The notes under the pieces: generated by a model
Told to the model about the DNA's origin: nothing
Databases searched by the model: none
The model's input: the letters and a program-made list of their open reading frames with translations, nothing else
From: Thermomonas sp.
GTDB taxonomy: Bacteria > Pseudomonadota > Gammaproteobacteria > Xanthomonadales > Xanthomonadaceae
Length of the DNA stretch: 64,000 nucleotides
Assembly: GCA_036405455.1 (NCBI GenBank)
Contig: DASWXO010000008.1
Location: forward strand, 2,731 to 66,730
Reading direction: 5' to 3'
Program-made: the position numbers and the translations under genes
Shown: positions 13,048-25,700 of the stretch, piece after piece
Position numbering within the stretch: the first letter of the stretch is position 1
Layout of the letters: each line of letters opens with the position of its first letter

Positions 13048-14010
13048 TCAGGCGCGCGGATGGTGGCGCGCGTGCAGGTTGCGCAGGCGGTCGCGCGCGA
13101 CCAGCGTGTAGATCTGGGTGGTGGTCAGCGAGCTGTGGCCCAGCAACATCTGCAGCGCGCGCAGGTCGGCGCCGTGGTTGAGCAGGTGGGTGGCGAAGCT
13201 GTGCCGCAGCCCATGCGGACTGATCCGCGCCGGGTCGATCCCGGCCACCGCCGCGCAGCGCTTCACCAGCGCCCAGAACGCCTGCCGGGTGGGCGCGATG
13301 CCGCCCCGGGCGACGAACAGCGCCTGCACCGCTCCCGGCTGGCGGACACCATCCAGCAGCGCCGGCCGCGCCTCGCGCAGGTAGCGTTCCAGCCAGTGCT
13401 GCGACTCCTCGCCCAGCGGCACCAGCCGTTCGCGGCTGCCCTTGCCGGTCACCCGCAGCACGCCCTGGCGCAGGTTCACCGCGGTCGCGGGCAGGCCCAC
13501 CAGTTCGCTCACGCGCAGGCCCGCCGCGTACATCAGTTCCAGCATCGCGCGGTCGCGCAGACCCTCCGGCGTGGCCACGTCGGGGGCGTCCAACAGCGCG
13601 GTGACCTGCGCCTCGGACAGCGCCTTGGGTAACAGCCGCGGCAACCGCGGTGGCTGCAGCAGGGCGCAGGGATCGTCGGCGCGCAGGCCGGCGGCCACCG
13701 CCTGCGCGAAATACGCGCGCAGGCAGGACAGCAGCCGCGCCGTGCTGCGCGCGGCATAGCCGGCTTCGGCGCGCATCGCGAGGTAGTCGAACAGATCCTC
13801 CCGGCGCGCCGCCGGCAGCGGCGGCCGCCCGCCGGCACGCAGCCAGCGCGCCAGCCCTTGCAGGTCGGCGCGATACGACGCCAGGGTGGCGCGGGACAGG
13901 CCGTGCGCGGCCCAGGCCGCGTCCAGGAAGCGCTCGATCGCGCTGCCGTCCACCGCGTCCAGCGGCGGCAGTCGGTGGATCCGCTGGCGGCGGTCGGCGA
14001 CGGTCGGCAT
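13048..14010 (-). CDS. xerD: Site-specific tyrosine recombinase XerD
   Basis: GLRVSEL, SPHGLRHSFATHLLNHGADLR, LGHSSLTTTQIY. Confidence 0.96.
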   Translation of the reverse strand: MPTVADRRQRIHRLPPLDAVDGSAIERFLDAAWAAHGLSRATLASYRADLQGLARWLRAGGRPPLPAARREDLFDYLAMRAEAGYAARSTARLLSCLRAYFAQAVAAGLRADDPCALLQPPRLPRLLPKALSEAQVTALLDAPDVATPEGLRDRAMLELMYAAGLRVSELVGLPATAVNLRQGVLRVTGKGSRERLVPLGEESQHWLERYLREARPALLDGVRQPGAVQALFVARGGIAPTRQAFWALVKRCAAVAGIDPARISPHGLRHSFATHLLNHGADLRALQMLLGHSSLTTTQIYTLVARDRLRNLHARHHPRA

Positions 14011-14054
14011 CGCCCAAGCGTAGCCGGTGGCGCGCCCGGCTGTATCCTTCGCCG

Positions 14055-14522
14055 ATGTCCGCGTCTCCCTCCGAACGCTCACCCGCCCTGGTCGGCTGGC
14101 GCCTGCTGGCGCTGCTGTATGACTTCTTCCCGGCGCTGGCGCTGTGGATGGTGCTGTCGGCCGCCTTCACCCTCGGCTACACCTTCCTGGGCCACCACGC
14201 CGCGCGCGAGAACATCGCGCCGTTCAGCGTGCTGCAGTGGCTGCTGTGGCTGTGCTGCTGGCTGGCGACCGGGGTGTACGCGACGGCCAGCTGGCGGCAC
14301 GGCGGGCAAACGCTCGGCATGCGTCCGTGGCGGCTGGTGGTGACCGACGCAGCCGGCGCCCCCCCCACGACGCACGCCCTGTGGCGCCGCTACGCGACGG
14401 GCACGCTGTCGCTGCTGCTGGGCGGGCTGGGCTTCTGGTGGGCGTGGCTGGACCGCGACGGCCTGGCGTGGCACGACCGCGCCAGCGGCACCCGCCTCCA
14501 ACGACGCCCCAAAACCTCCTGA
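14055..14522 (+). CDS. RDD family membrane protein
   Basis: WRLLALLYD, GQTLGMRPW, WHDRASGT motifs. Confidence 0.88.
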   Translation: MSASPSERSPALVGWRLLALLYDFFPALALWMVLSAAFTLGYTFLGHHAARENIAPFSVLQWLLWLCCWLATGVYATASWRHGGQTLGMRPWRLVVTDAAGAPPTTHALWRRYATGTLSLLLGGLGFWWAWLDRDGLAWHDRASGTRLQRRPKTS

Positions 14523-14539
14523 CACGGCCAGAGATTTCC

Positions 14540-15310
14540 ATGGACACCTCCCGCCCCGCGCCGCCGACCACCCGCATTGCGCTCGGCTTCGCGCTGCTGT
14601 TCTTGCTGTACCAGTCGGCCGAAGGCGTGGGCGACCGCATGCTGCACAGCTTTCCCGCGCAGGCCGGGTTGATGCTGGCCTGCGTGCTGGCGGCCTGGCC
14701 GGTGTCGCGCTGGCTGGGCTATCGCGGCCTGGAAGCCTTCGCATTGCCGATGCACGTCCGCGGGTTGGCCTGGCTGGTCCCGCTGCTGGCGCTGGCGTTC
14801 GGCCTGAAAGGCGCGGCCCTGCAGGCCGGCCTGGCGCTGGGGATCTACCAGCCCGACCCGGCGGGCGCCGCGCCGGGGGCCACGCTAGCGGCGGCGCTGC
14901 CGATGCTGCTGCTGTCGACGTTCGTCCCCTCGATCGCCGAGGACATCCTCACCCGCGGCTTCCCGTTCCGCGCCGCGGGCCTGCGCTGGCGCCGCGGGGT
15001 CGCCTTCGTGGCGGCCAGCAGCCTGCTGTACGTGCTGAACCACCTCTACCGGCTGGGGTTGGGGCCGATGGAATGGCTGATGCTGTTCGTCTACGGACTG
15101 GCCTACGCCAGCGCGCTGTGGCGCACCGGCAGCCTGTGGGCCGCGGTCGGCCTGCACTGGGGCTGGAACCTGGGCAACGCCGCGCTGGCGGTGGCCATGC
15201 CGACGAACACCGCCGACGTGGACGGCGGCCGCCTGCTGTCGATGGCGGCACACCTGCTGATGCTGGCCGTGGTGCTCATCGCCACCCGCCGGGCGGCACC
15301 GGCGCGCTAG
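14540..15310 (+). CDS. CPBP (CAAX/Abi-type) intramembrane metalloprotease
   Basis: IAEDILTRG, VLNHL, AVGLHWGWN motifs; multiple TMs. Confidence 0.8.
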   Translation: MDTSRPAPPTTRIALGFALLFLLYQSAEGVGDRMLHSFPAQAGLMLACVLAAWPVSRWLGYRGLEAFALPMHVRGLAWLVPLLALAFGLKGAALQAGLALGIYQPDPAGAAPGATLAAALPMLLLSTFVPSIAEDILTRGFPFRAAGLRWRRGVAFVAASSLLYVLNHLYRLGLGPMEWLMLFVYGLAYASALWRTGSLWAAVGLHWGWNLGNAALAVAMPTNTADVDGGRLLSMAAHLLMLAVVLIATRRAAPAR

Positions 15311-16404
15311 CGGCTGCGCCGCCGGAACATCAGGAACGACACCGCCAGCATGATGATCGGCGGCATCGCGTAGGCGATGCGGTAATCGAAGCGGAAGACG
15401 CCGGCCACCTGCACCGACACGCGCTGCAGCAAATAGAAGCCCAGCGCGAACACGATGCCGATGAACAGCCGCTTGCCATAGCCACCGCTGCGCAGCGAAC
15501 CGAACGCGAACGGAATCGCCGCCAGGCACAGCGCCAGCACGTTGACCGGGTAGAACCAGCGACCCCAGTACACGGTCTCGAACTCGCTGGAATCGAGGTT
15601 GTTGCGCTTGCGGTACTCGATGCCCTGGGCCAGCTCGCGGCTGCCCATGTAATCCGGCTTGGTCACGCTGGACGCCAGCGACGATTCGTCCAGGTGCGAG
15701 TCCCAGCGCTCCTCGGGGACGCGCTCGCGGGTCACTGCCTTGTCCTGGAAGCGGGTGCGCTCCACGCCACGCAGCAGCCAGCCGCCGGGGCGGTGCTCGG
15801 CCCGCTCGACGTTGGCGATGGAGCGCAGGCGGCCGTCGGCATCGAACTGGAACAGGCGCACGCCGCGCAGCTCCAGCCAGCGGTCCGTACCGCGCTGGCG
15901 CTGCTCGCCGCTGCGGGCGTTGAGGAACATGTCACCCTCGCGCGCCCACAGCCCGCTGTACTTCGACACCACCATGTCGGGATTGCGCGCCGAGCGCAGG
16001 GCCTGCGAGCGCTCGTCGCCCCAGGGCGCCAGCACTTCGCCGTTGATCACCATCAGCGTCGTCAGCAGGGCCAGCGACAGCGCCACCGACGCCCCCAGGC
16101 GCCGCCGCGACAGCCCCAGCGCACGCAGCGCGGTGAGCTCCGAGGATGCGGCCAGCTGGCCCAGCCCCAACAGCGCGCCGATCACCGCCGCCGTCGGGAA
16201 CAGGTTGTAGATGCGCCACGGGATCGACAGTCCGGTGGCGGCGATGGCGTGGTTGGCGGTGTACGCCCCCTTGCCGATGTCCCCCACCTCGCCGGCGAAG
16301 GCCAGCACCACGTCCAGGCCCACCAGCACCGCCCAGACCATCAGGACGCTGGTGACCACGGTGCGGGCGATGTAGGTGTCGTGCAGGCGCGGCCAGTGCT
16401 TCAT
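15307..16404 (-). CDS. lptG: LPS export ABC transporter permease LptG
   Basis: GQLAASSELTALRALGLS; second gene of the lptFG pair next to pepA. Confidence 0.93.
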   Translation of the reverse strand: MKHWPRLHDTYIARTVVTSVLMVWAVLVGLDVVLAFAGEVGDIGKGAYTANHAIAATGLSIPWRIYNLFPTAAVIGALLGLGQLAASSELTALRALGLSRRRLGASVALSLALLTTLMVINGEVLAPWGDERSQALRSARNPDMVVSKYSGLWAREGDMFLNARSGEQRQRGTDRWLELRGVRLFQFDADGRLRSIANVERAEHRPGGWLLRGVERTRFQDKAVTRERVPEERWDSHLDESSLASSVTKPDYMGSRELAQGIEYRKRNNLDSSEFETVYWGRWFYPVNVLALCLAAIPFAFGSLRSGGYGKRLFIGIVFALGFYLLQRVSVQVAGVFRFDYRIAYAMPPIIMLAVSFLMFRRRSR

Positions 16405-17480
16405 CGGCGCCACCGTGCGCGGCCCACGCGCCCGTCGCGGGCATACAGCCAGGCGCCCAGGCCCAGCATCGGCAGCACCAGCCACCACAGCCCGAAGGCC
16501 AGCGGCAGCTGGCCGGACGCCAGCCACTCGGTGCCCAGCACCATCAGGAAGATGCCCACCAGGTAGGCAAGGAAGGCGAGCAGCAGCGCGCCGTGGCGCG
16601 ACTGCCGCGGCGAACTGCGCGCCAGCGGCACCGCCATCAGCGCGAACGCCAGCGCCAGCAGCGGCGGCGCGATGCGCCAGTGCAGCTCCGCCCGCGCCGC
16701 GGCCCCCGGCGTGGCCAGCAGGGCCGGCAGCGGCAGGAAGGCGGGGTCGTCCATGCGCCGCTGGTCATCCGGCGCGGGCAGCAGCATCTCGTTGCGGGCA
16801 TAGCGCATCAGCCGGTAGTCCAGTGCCGCGCCGGCCACCGGGCCTTCCACCCGGAACCCGTCCAGCAGCGCCAGCACGCGGGCGCCCTGGTCGCGGTACA
16901 GCTCGCCGCTGCGCGCGGTGGCCACGTCCATGCGGTCGCCACGCTCGCGGAAGATGAACACCCGCGCCAGCTTCGTGCCGTCGCTCGACATCTCGCCGGC
17001 GTAGGCCACCCCACCGTTCGCCATCGGGGTGAAGCGGCCCGGCTCCAGCCCGGCCACCAGCAGGTTCTTGTTGGCCTCGATCACCATCCCGCGCGCCAGC
17101 CGGCCGGCCCACGGGCCCAGCCACAACGAGCACGCCGCGATGACCAGCAGCACCGGCGCCACCACCAGCAGCACCGGGCGCAACAGCCGGCGCGGGCCCA
17201 CGCCCACGGCGGTCAGCACGTGCATCTCGGAATCGCGGTACAGGCGGCCCACCGACAGCAGCAGCCCCAGCAGCAGCGCCAGCGGCAGGATCAGCGGCAG
17301 GTAGCTCAGCAGGCGCAGCCCCAGCTGGGACAGCAGCAGCGCCGGCGGCACCTTGCCACGGGCCATCTCGCCGATCAGGTCGGCGAACACGCCGCCCAGG
17401 CTGACCATGCCCAGCACCACCAGCGCCGCGAGGACGGCACGGGCGAATTCGCTGCTGAGGTAGCGGTCCAGCTTCGGCAT
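16401..17480 (-). CDS. lptF: LPS export ABC transporter permease LptF
   Basis: GRLYRDSEMHVLTAVG; AELHWRIAPP; divergent from pepA. Confidence 0.93.
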   Translation of the reverse strand: MPKLDRYLSSEFARAVLAALVVLGMVSLGGVFADLIGEMARGKVPPALLLSQLGLRLLSYLPLILPLALLLGLLLSVGRLYRDSEMHVLTAVGVGPRRLLRPVLLVVAPVLLVIAACSLWLGPWAGRLARGMVIEANKNLLVAGLEPGRFTPMANGGVAYAGEMSSDGTKLARVFIFRERGDRMDVATARSGELYRDQGARVLALLDGFRVEGPVAGAALDYRLMRYARNEMLLPAPDDQRRMDDPAFLPLPALLATPGAAARAELHWRIAPPLLALAFALMAVPLARSSPRQSRHGALLLAFLAYLVGIFLMVLGTEWLASGQLPLAFGLWWLVLPMLGLGAWLYARDGRVGRARWRR

Positions 17481-17650
17481 GGGGCCGGCTTGCTCCGGGG
17501 AAGATGCTTTAGAATCGTGGGTTCGCCGCGCGCGGAGCCTGACGCTTGTCGCGGCCGCGCATTGTAAGCGACGCCAGCCCGCATGCCGCCGGCCCCCGCC
17601 GACGGGCATCCGCCCGCCTCAGATGGCATTTAGCCCGGATACCTTGTTCG

Positions 17651-19132
<1,482 letters not shown>

Positions 19133-19214
19133 TGCGCGGCCCGGCGGCGACGGCGCCAGCCTCGACCCCGCGGCCCGCCGGCCGCGGCTGACGCCGTCCA
19201 CGCCAGGACCTCCC

Positions 19215-19637
19215 ATGCCCCGCGCCGATTTCTACCTGATCGACAAGCCGCGCTTCCGCGAACAGCCGCTGCTGCTGGTCTGCGAGCTCGCCAAGCGCGC
19301 CTTCGCCGCCGAGCTGCCCACCCTGGTGCTGGCGCGCGACGCCGCGCAGGCGGAAGCCCTGGACGACCTGCTGTGGGCGTTCGACCCGGACGAGTACCTG
19401 CCGCACCAGATCGCCGGGCTGGACGAGGACGACGACGCGCCGATCCTCATCGCCACGCCCGACCTCGACGTGCCCGCGCGCCCGCTGCTGATCAACCTGC
19501 GCGACGACGCGCCCACCGGCGACTTCGCGCGGGTGCTCGAAGTGGTGCCCGCCGACCCCGCCGCGCGCGGCCCGCTGCGCGAGCGCTGGAAGCACTACCA
19601 GGCGCTGGGCTTCGACCTGAACAAATTCGACATGTGA
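19215..19637 (+). CDS. holC: DNA polymerase III subunit chi
   Basis: [22 protein letters not shown]; conserved pepA-holC-valS order. Confidence 0.95.
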   Translation: MPRADFYLIDKPRFREQPLLLVCELAKRAFAAELPTLVLARDAAQAEALDDLLWAFDPDEYLPHQIAGLDEDDDAPILIATPDLDVPARPLLINLRDDAPTGDFARVLEVVPADPAARGPLRERWKHYQALGFDLNKFDM

Positions 19638-19647
19638 TCCCGCCCCG

Positions 19648-22485
19648 ATGACCACCCTCGCTTCCGGCTACGACCCCAAGTCCTTCGAGTCCCGCCTCTA
19701 CCAGCAATGGGAGGCCAGCGGCGCGTTCGCGCCCCAGGGCGACGGCCCGGCCTACACCATCCTGCTGCCGCCGCCGAACGTCACCGGCACGCTGCACATG
19801 GGCCACGCGTTCCAGCACACGCTGCAGGACGCGCTGGTCCGCTACCACCGCATGCGCGGCTACCGCACCCTGTGGCAGATGGGCACCGACCACGCCGGCA
19901 TCGCCACCGAGATGGTGGTGAGCCGCAACCTCGCCATCGAGGGCAAGGGCGAGACCCGCGATTCGCTGGGCCGCGAGAAGTTCATCGAAAAAGTGTGGGA
20001 GTGGAAGCAGCACTCCGGCGACACCATCGAGCGGCAGATGCGCCGCCTCGGCGCGTCCGGTGACTGGTCGCGCAGCGTGTTCACCATGGACCCGATGGCC
20101 AGCGAGGCGATCACCGAGGCCTTCGTGCGCCTGCACGAGCAGGGCCTGGTCTACCGCGGCCAACGCCTGGTCAACTGGGACCCGGTGCTGAAGACCGCCA
20201 TCTCCGACCTCGAGGTGGTCAACGAGGAAGAGAACGGCCACCTGTGGTCGATCCGCTACCCGCTGGCCGACGGCGCCACGTTCGAATACGTCGAGCACGA
20301 CGCCGACGGCCACGAAGTCCTGCGCGAGGTGCGCGACTACGTGGTGGTGGCCACCACCCGCCCGGAAACCATGCTGGGCGACACCGCGGTGATGGTGCAC
20401 CCAGAGGATCCGCGCTACCTCGCCCTGCACGGCAAGGCCGTGGACCTGCCGCTGACCGGCCGCCGCATCCCGGTCATCACCGACGACTACGTGGACCGCG
20501 CGTTCGGCACCGGCGTGGTGAAGGTGACCCCGGCGCACGACTTCAACGACTACGCGGTCGGCCAGCGCCACGGCCTGCCGCTGATCAACGTGTTCACGGA
20601 CGAGGCGAAGGTCGTGTCCTCGCGCGAGGACATCGCGGCGCAGTACCGCGGCCTCGACCGCTTCGACGCGCGCAAGGCCATCGTGGCCGACCTCGAGGCC
20701 GCCGGCCTGCTGGTCGAGATCAAGCCGCACAAGCTGCAGGTGCCGCGCGGCGACCGCAGCGGGCAGGTGATCGAGCCGTTCCTCACCGACCAGTGGTTCG
20801 TGAAGATGGACGACCTGGCTCGCCGCGGCCTGGAACTCGTCGAATCGGGCGAAGTGAAGTTCGTCCCGGCGAACTGGATCAACACCTACCGCCACTGGCT
20901 GGAGAACATCCAGGACTGGACGATCAGCCGCCAGCTCTGGTGGGGCCACCGCATCCCGGCGTGGTTCGACGATGCCGGCAATGCCTACGTGGGCCGCAGC
21001 GAGGCCGAGGTGCGCGCCGCGCACGGGCTGGGCGACGCGCCCCTGCGCCAGGACCCGGACGTGCTGGAGACCTGGTTCTCCTCGGCGATGTTCCCGTTCA
21101 GCACGCAGGGCTGGCCGAACGAAGACCGGATGGCCGAGCTCGGCTTCGATGCCGCGCTGCCGACCTCGGTGCTGGTCACCGGCTTCGACATCATCTTCTT
21201 CTGGGTGGCGCGGATGATCATGATGACCGACCGCCTGGTCGGCCGCGTGCCGTTCCGCGACGTCTACATCACCGGCCTGGTCCGCGACAAGGATGGCCAG
21301 AAGATGTCGAAGTCGAAGGGCAACATCCTCGACCCGCTGGACATCATCGACGGCATCACCGCCGACGCGCTGGTCGCCAAGCGCACCACTGGGCTGATGC
21401 AGCCGAAGATGGCCGAAAAGATCGAGAAGGCCACGCGCAAGGAATTCCCGGACGGCATCAACCCGCACGGCGCCGACGCGCTGCGCTTCACCATGGCCGC
21501 GCTGGCCGGCCCGGGCCGCGACATCAAGTTCGACCTGGCCCGCGCCGAGGGCTACAAGAACTTCTGCAACAAGCTGTGGAATGCCACCCGCTTCGCGCTG
21601 ATGAACGTGGGCGACGCCCGCTTCGACGGCGCGCCGCAGCCGAAGACGGATGCGGAGAAGTGGATCCTCGCCCAGCTGGCGCACACCAGCGCGCAGGCGG
21701 AGGAACATTTCGGCAGCTACCGCTTCGACCTGCTGGCGCAGTGCCTGTACGAGTTCACCTGGAACCAGGTCTGCGACTGGTTCCTCGAGCTGGCCAAGCC
21801 GGCGCTCAACGGCGACGATGCCGAAGCCGCCTACAGCACGCGCCACACGCTGGCCCACGTGCTGGAAACCCTGCTGCGCCTGCTGCATCCGCTGATGCCG
21901 TTCGTGACGGAAGAACTCTGGCAGGCGGTGGCACCGAAGCTCGGCAAGTCGGGCAGCATCATGGTCCAGCCGTATCCCACCGCGTCCGCCCTCCAGGCCT
22001 ACCTGACGGACGAGTTCCGCGAAGCCGACGCCAGCATCGAGTGGCTGAAGGCGATGGCCACCGCGGTGCGTCGTATCCGCAGCGAACTCGGCGTGTCGCC
22101 GGCCAAGCAGGTGGCCCTGCTGGTGCGCGGCGGAAGCATCGAGGATGCGGCGCGCATCGCCCGCTTCGACGCGCAGCTGCGCTTCCTGTGCAAGCTGGAG
22201 CGGATCGAGGCGATCACCGGCGAGCCGCCGGCCGCCGCGCCGGCGGTGGTGGGCGAGCTGCAGCTCTTCGTGCCGCTGGAAGGCCTGGTCGACCTCGACG
22301 CCGAGCGCGCGCGCCTGGACAAGGAGCTGGCCAAGGTGGGCGCGGAAAAGGAGAAGAGCGAGGCCAAGCTGGCCAAGTTCGGCGCCGGCGTGCCGGCCGC
22401 GGTGGTGGACCAGGAGCGCCAGCGCCTGGCCGACTGGAGCACCAAGCTGGCCGCGCTGGCCGAACAGCGCGCGCGGCTGGGATAA
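19648..22485 (+). CDS. valS: Valine--tRNA ligase
   Basis: [13 protein letters not shown] (HIGH) and KMSKS motifs; C-terminal coiled coil. Confidence 0.99.
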   Translation: MTTLASGYDPKSFESRLYQQWEASGAFAPQGDGPAYTILLPPPNVTGTLHMGHAFQHTLQDALVRYHRMRGYRTLWQMGTDHAGIATEMVVSRNLAIEGKGETRDSLGREKFIEKVWEWKQHSGDTIERQMRRLGASGDWSRSVFTMDPMASEAITEAFVRLHEQGLVYRGQRLVNWDPVLKTAISDLEVVNEEENGHLWSIRYPLADGATFEYVEHDADGHEVLREVRDYVVVATTRPETMLGDTAVMVHPEDPRYLALHGKAVDLPLTGRRIPVITDDYVDRAFGTGVVKVTPAHDFNDYAVGQRHGLPLINVFTDEAKVVSSREDIAAQYRGLDRFDARKAIVADLEAAGLLVEIKPHKLQVPRGDRSGQVIEPFLTDQWFVKMDDLARRGLELVESGEVKFVPANWINTYRHWLENIQDWTISRQLWWGHRIPAWFDDAGNAYVGRSEAEVRAAHGLGDAPLRQDPDVLETWFSSAMFPFSTQGWPNEDRMAELGFDAALPTSVLVTGFDIIFFWVARMIMMTDRLVGRVPFRDVYITGLVRDKDGQKMSKSKGNILDPLDIIDGITADALVAKRTTGLMQPKMAEKIEKATRKEFPDGINPHGADALRFTMAALAGPGRDIKFDLARAEGYKNFCNKLWNATRFALMNVGDARFDGAPQPKTDAEKWILAQLAHTSAQAEEHFGSYRFDLLAQCLYEFTWNQVCDWFLELAKPALNGDDAEAAYSTRHTLAHVLETLLRLLHPLMPFVTEELWQAVAPKLGKSGSIMVQPYPTASALQAYLTDEFREADASIEWLKAMATAVRRIRSELGVSPAKQVALLVRGGSIEDAARIARFDAQLRFLCKLERIEAITGEPPAAAPAVVGELQLFVPLEGLVDLDAERARLDKELAKVGAEKEKSEAKLAKFGAGVPAAVVDQERQRLADWSTKLAALAEQRARLG

Positions 22486-22562
22486 GCCGCGCCTCGCCAC
22501 CGCCCGGCGCGCCATCGCCGCCGGGCGCACGCTCCATCAGGCGTCCCTACCCCCGGACATGC

Positions 22563-22586
22563 AAAAGCCCGCTTGCGCGGGCTTTG
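22563..22586. terminator. Bidirectional intrinsic terminator between valS and the tRNA 3' fragment
   Basis: aaaGCCCGC-ttgc-GCGGGCttt hairpin flanked by A and T tracts. Confidence 0.8.
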
Positions 22587-22595
22587 CGTGCGTCG

Positions 22596-22625
22596 CTGGT
22601 GGCTATGGGTGGACTCCATTATGAG
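22596..22625 (-). repeat. Island attachment site: displaced 3' fragment of tRNA-Met with a 16-bp internal deletion
   Basis: ctggtggctatgggtggactc (22596-22616) = 60427-60447; cattatgag (22617-22625) = 60464-60472. Confidence 0.9.
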
Positions 22626-22779
22626 GACGAGGCATCTGAAATACGCCAAAGAACGCCAATAGTCGTCAATGCTCATACAGAAGCCGCATTGAGTCCTTTC
22701 CAGTGGCAGATATTTCTATATTAATCATGATGTTATAGAGATTTCAGTTGTTTTACTCACAAACGTCAGTCCTGCCGGC

Positions 22780-25700
22780 TTGAAGCCAAGAATTTCGATT
22801 GAGGTGCAACGAAGTCGTTTAATGACTGCCACAGGGTATCTGTCCACTGGCGAGGAGCGTGACCCAAACACTACTTTTGGGCACATGGACGGAAGCGCAC
22901 CCGGAAAGGACCTCTTCTTCGCATTCGACCGGGCAGCCGTCCCGGACTCTTGGTGGCCAGATCTAAGTCGGACGCTTCTCGAACTCGGGGAAGCCATACC
23001 TCTCATTGATCGGCCAATCCTTGCGCCTCTGGCCGCCCATCTCGCCCAATACCAGTCGGCCTTGCGATTTCAGGCGGCAATGAACGCGCCGGTCGAACCG
23101 CCCAAAGAAATCCACGAACACCACCCAGGCAGCGCGACGCTGTTCCGATATCGGCATGGCCGATCAGCCGGCCTGGAGCGACTCACCAGCATTGGCCTGT
23201 GTGCCCTGCTAGAAGCAAGCGAGGCAGGCCGGGGACCTGCCAAACGGCTGTTATCGATCATCCGCGGCGCGATGGATAGCTCCAACTCCCCGCTGTCGGG
23301 CGCATTGGGTGCCATTTCCTCGATCCCTGAGCTTGTCCGGATTGTGGACACAGATGAACCCACAAGGAGGGCGCTGCCTCGGCATTTCCTCCAACTCTGG
23401 GATGCCTGGCTTCGAGACACCCTCTACCGCTGGATGTTCAAAGATCCTGAGCGGATGCGGCAGGCGCTGGAACCCTCGGCGCTAACGCCGCTGCTCGAGC
23501 ACCCAGCACTCCCGGTTGCGTTAGAACCGGGAAACCTCGAGGGCGGGACAACCCTGTCATGCAGCAATGCTTCTCCTTCCACCCACCCGTCAGACGAAAC
23601 GCCCACCAGCATCCGCTCAGGTCGAGCTGCATCCGATCTGTTGGAGAGGGAAAGCGCCGGCGACCTCATGGCATCGCCCGAGCAGCGGCTTCCCCGTCCC
23701 CTGGATGAGCGCTTGTGCCGCGAATCTGTACGAAGTGCGCGTGAGAATCAGGAGGACCCGGCCCGCGCGGAACCGTACGCCGCCCTGGCACTGATCCTCG
23801 CAGGAGCCGTCAGGGAAATCGATCTGCGTAATGTGGTGTGGGGCGATGAAGGAGCAGCTCGGCCGTTCGCTATCGACCCCTTACTACCCGTGCTTTACCG
23901 GAAACTGAAGCGTCCGGCCAGCGCGGTTGTGCCTCCAAAGGAGCTATCCACCTGGTGGCTGATGCCAATTACCGAGGTTATGGCTTGGCCCTTACCCCGT
24001 TCAGTGCATGCCGCGTTGTTAAGTCTATCGAGTGGAGCCCCGATTACCGGACAAGGCGTCCTTCCCATGCTGTCCGCATCACCAGCATCGCCGTACCGGA
24101 TGCTTGAAGTGATCTCGAGGCTAGTCCCCGAGGCCAAGGTCGGAGCCTTGGCGCCGCGCCTAGCACTTGCGTCGGAAATAACCGCCGCATTGGGTTCGGA
24201 AGTAGCCCAGCTCGTGATGGCGGACACCTTCGGCATGCCATCAGTTCCCGCCTACTACTCGTCGTTGCCTGAAGGAGAGTTGGCGACATTCGTCGCAGGG
24301 ATTCAGGCTCGCCGCTTCGGCGAACAGGTGCGCGCGCCCGATGGGCGCGATGGATACATGGGTTCGAGGCTGGTTCTCACTAATCAAGCCGCAATGCTGT
24401 GGCCAACCCAGCTCACGAGTGCCTTGAAGGCTGCCTCGCGGCAACCCGACGGCTGGCTGGAGCTATGGCACGCTCACCGGAATCATCTGGTGGCTGCCCT
24501 GTGCTCTGCGACCGGTCACCGTCCCGAGGATGCCTTAGGGCGAATCTTTCTGTGGGACGTCATCCCGGAATACGGCCTGATCATCCTCCAGGATAAACAG
24601 GTGGATGCGCTTCGTGCCACACGCATTGCAGCTACTGGTCGCCTGTGGCTGTCGGACTTACGCCGCTACCTCGATCGCCTGATCGAGATTGCAGCACGAC
24701 ACAAAGGCGAGCCTGCAGGTAACTTGGCTAACGCCATCCTGCGCAACGAAGAGCCGTTGTTCAGCGTCCTCACCCCCGAGAATCAAGTGGCACCCATGAC
24801 CGCAGGCACTCTGCGCAAAGGCATGCCTCAGGAATTGCAATCCGTCGACAACTTCTTTCGGCACAGGCTGAACCAGTGCCTGTTGGCGAGGCGGGTGGAC
24901 CCGGAATTGCGGCACGCGCAATTGGGATGGGTCGTGTCACCGGCGCATCTCCACGCGGACGTCTCTCCTCGTGCTCCGATCGACATGGGTCGGGACCTTG
25001 GGCCGTTCATCGATGACGTCCTCGTCCAGGATGGCTGGTATCTCCCCTCTGCGCGGAAGACGCGATGGACGTGGAATGGCGTTCCCATGCCTGCACCGGT
25101 GGACTGGGAGGCTGTCTTCACAACGCATAAGCGCCAACACGAAGAGAACATTAAGAGCATCAGGCTACGCCTGCGAGAACGCTGGAAGGAATTCGAGGGC
25201 CCCATCATGGCTCGGCTGGCAGACGCCTTCCAGGAGTTTTGCCCCCTCCTTCGGGTCGATATCGAGAAGAAGTGCCTTGTGCAAATTCATGGAGGAAAGG
25301 GTCCCGTTGAACTTGGCCCCGATCACCATGCGCTCATTTGCGATCGCGTGAAGCTGGGGGATCAGGAGCCATCCAGTGGCCTTGAATCGGTTGTTGCCCG
25401 AATTCTGCTGTACCGACTTGTGCGACGAGGTCGGGACAGGAATCTCGTTCTTGGCCCGATCCCCGGACGCCCCTTCTTGAGCGTGACATCGGAGCCATCG
25501 CCCTTCGTACCAGGGCTGGGCGCCGCGATTCGCCACGCGCACGCAATCCGGCAGGATCTCGAAACGAGGGCGAACGCGGGCTATGTCCGGGATCTGGGCC
25601 CGCTGACAACCTTCTCGATTCTGGCCTTCTCGATGTACAGGCGAGTGCCCTGGGCCCAGGCCGCTCTCCAGGCCGCCCGAACGGCCATGCGCGGACAGCA

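Noticed and set aside
8602-13632. 1676-aa plus-strand ORF
   Set aside because: Antisense shadow of purL/dsbC/xerD in high-GC DNA; Arg/Ala/Gly-rich with no motifs
13048-14010. xerD as the island integrase
   Set aside because: Typical chromosomal XerD in conserved xerD-dsbC context, more than 8 kb outside the att
14540-15310. CPBP/Abi protease as an abortive-infection gene
   Set aside because: Lies in the core region with host-like composition; the family is mostly membrane proteases and there is no defence context
19492-22530. 1012-aa minus-strand ORF
   Set aside because: Antisense shadow of valS
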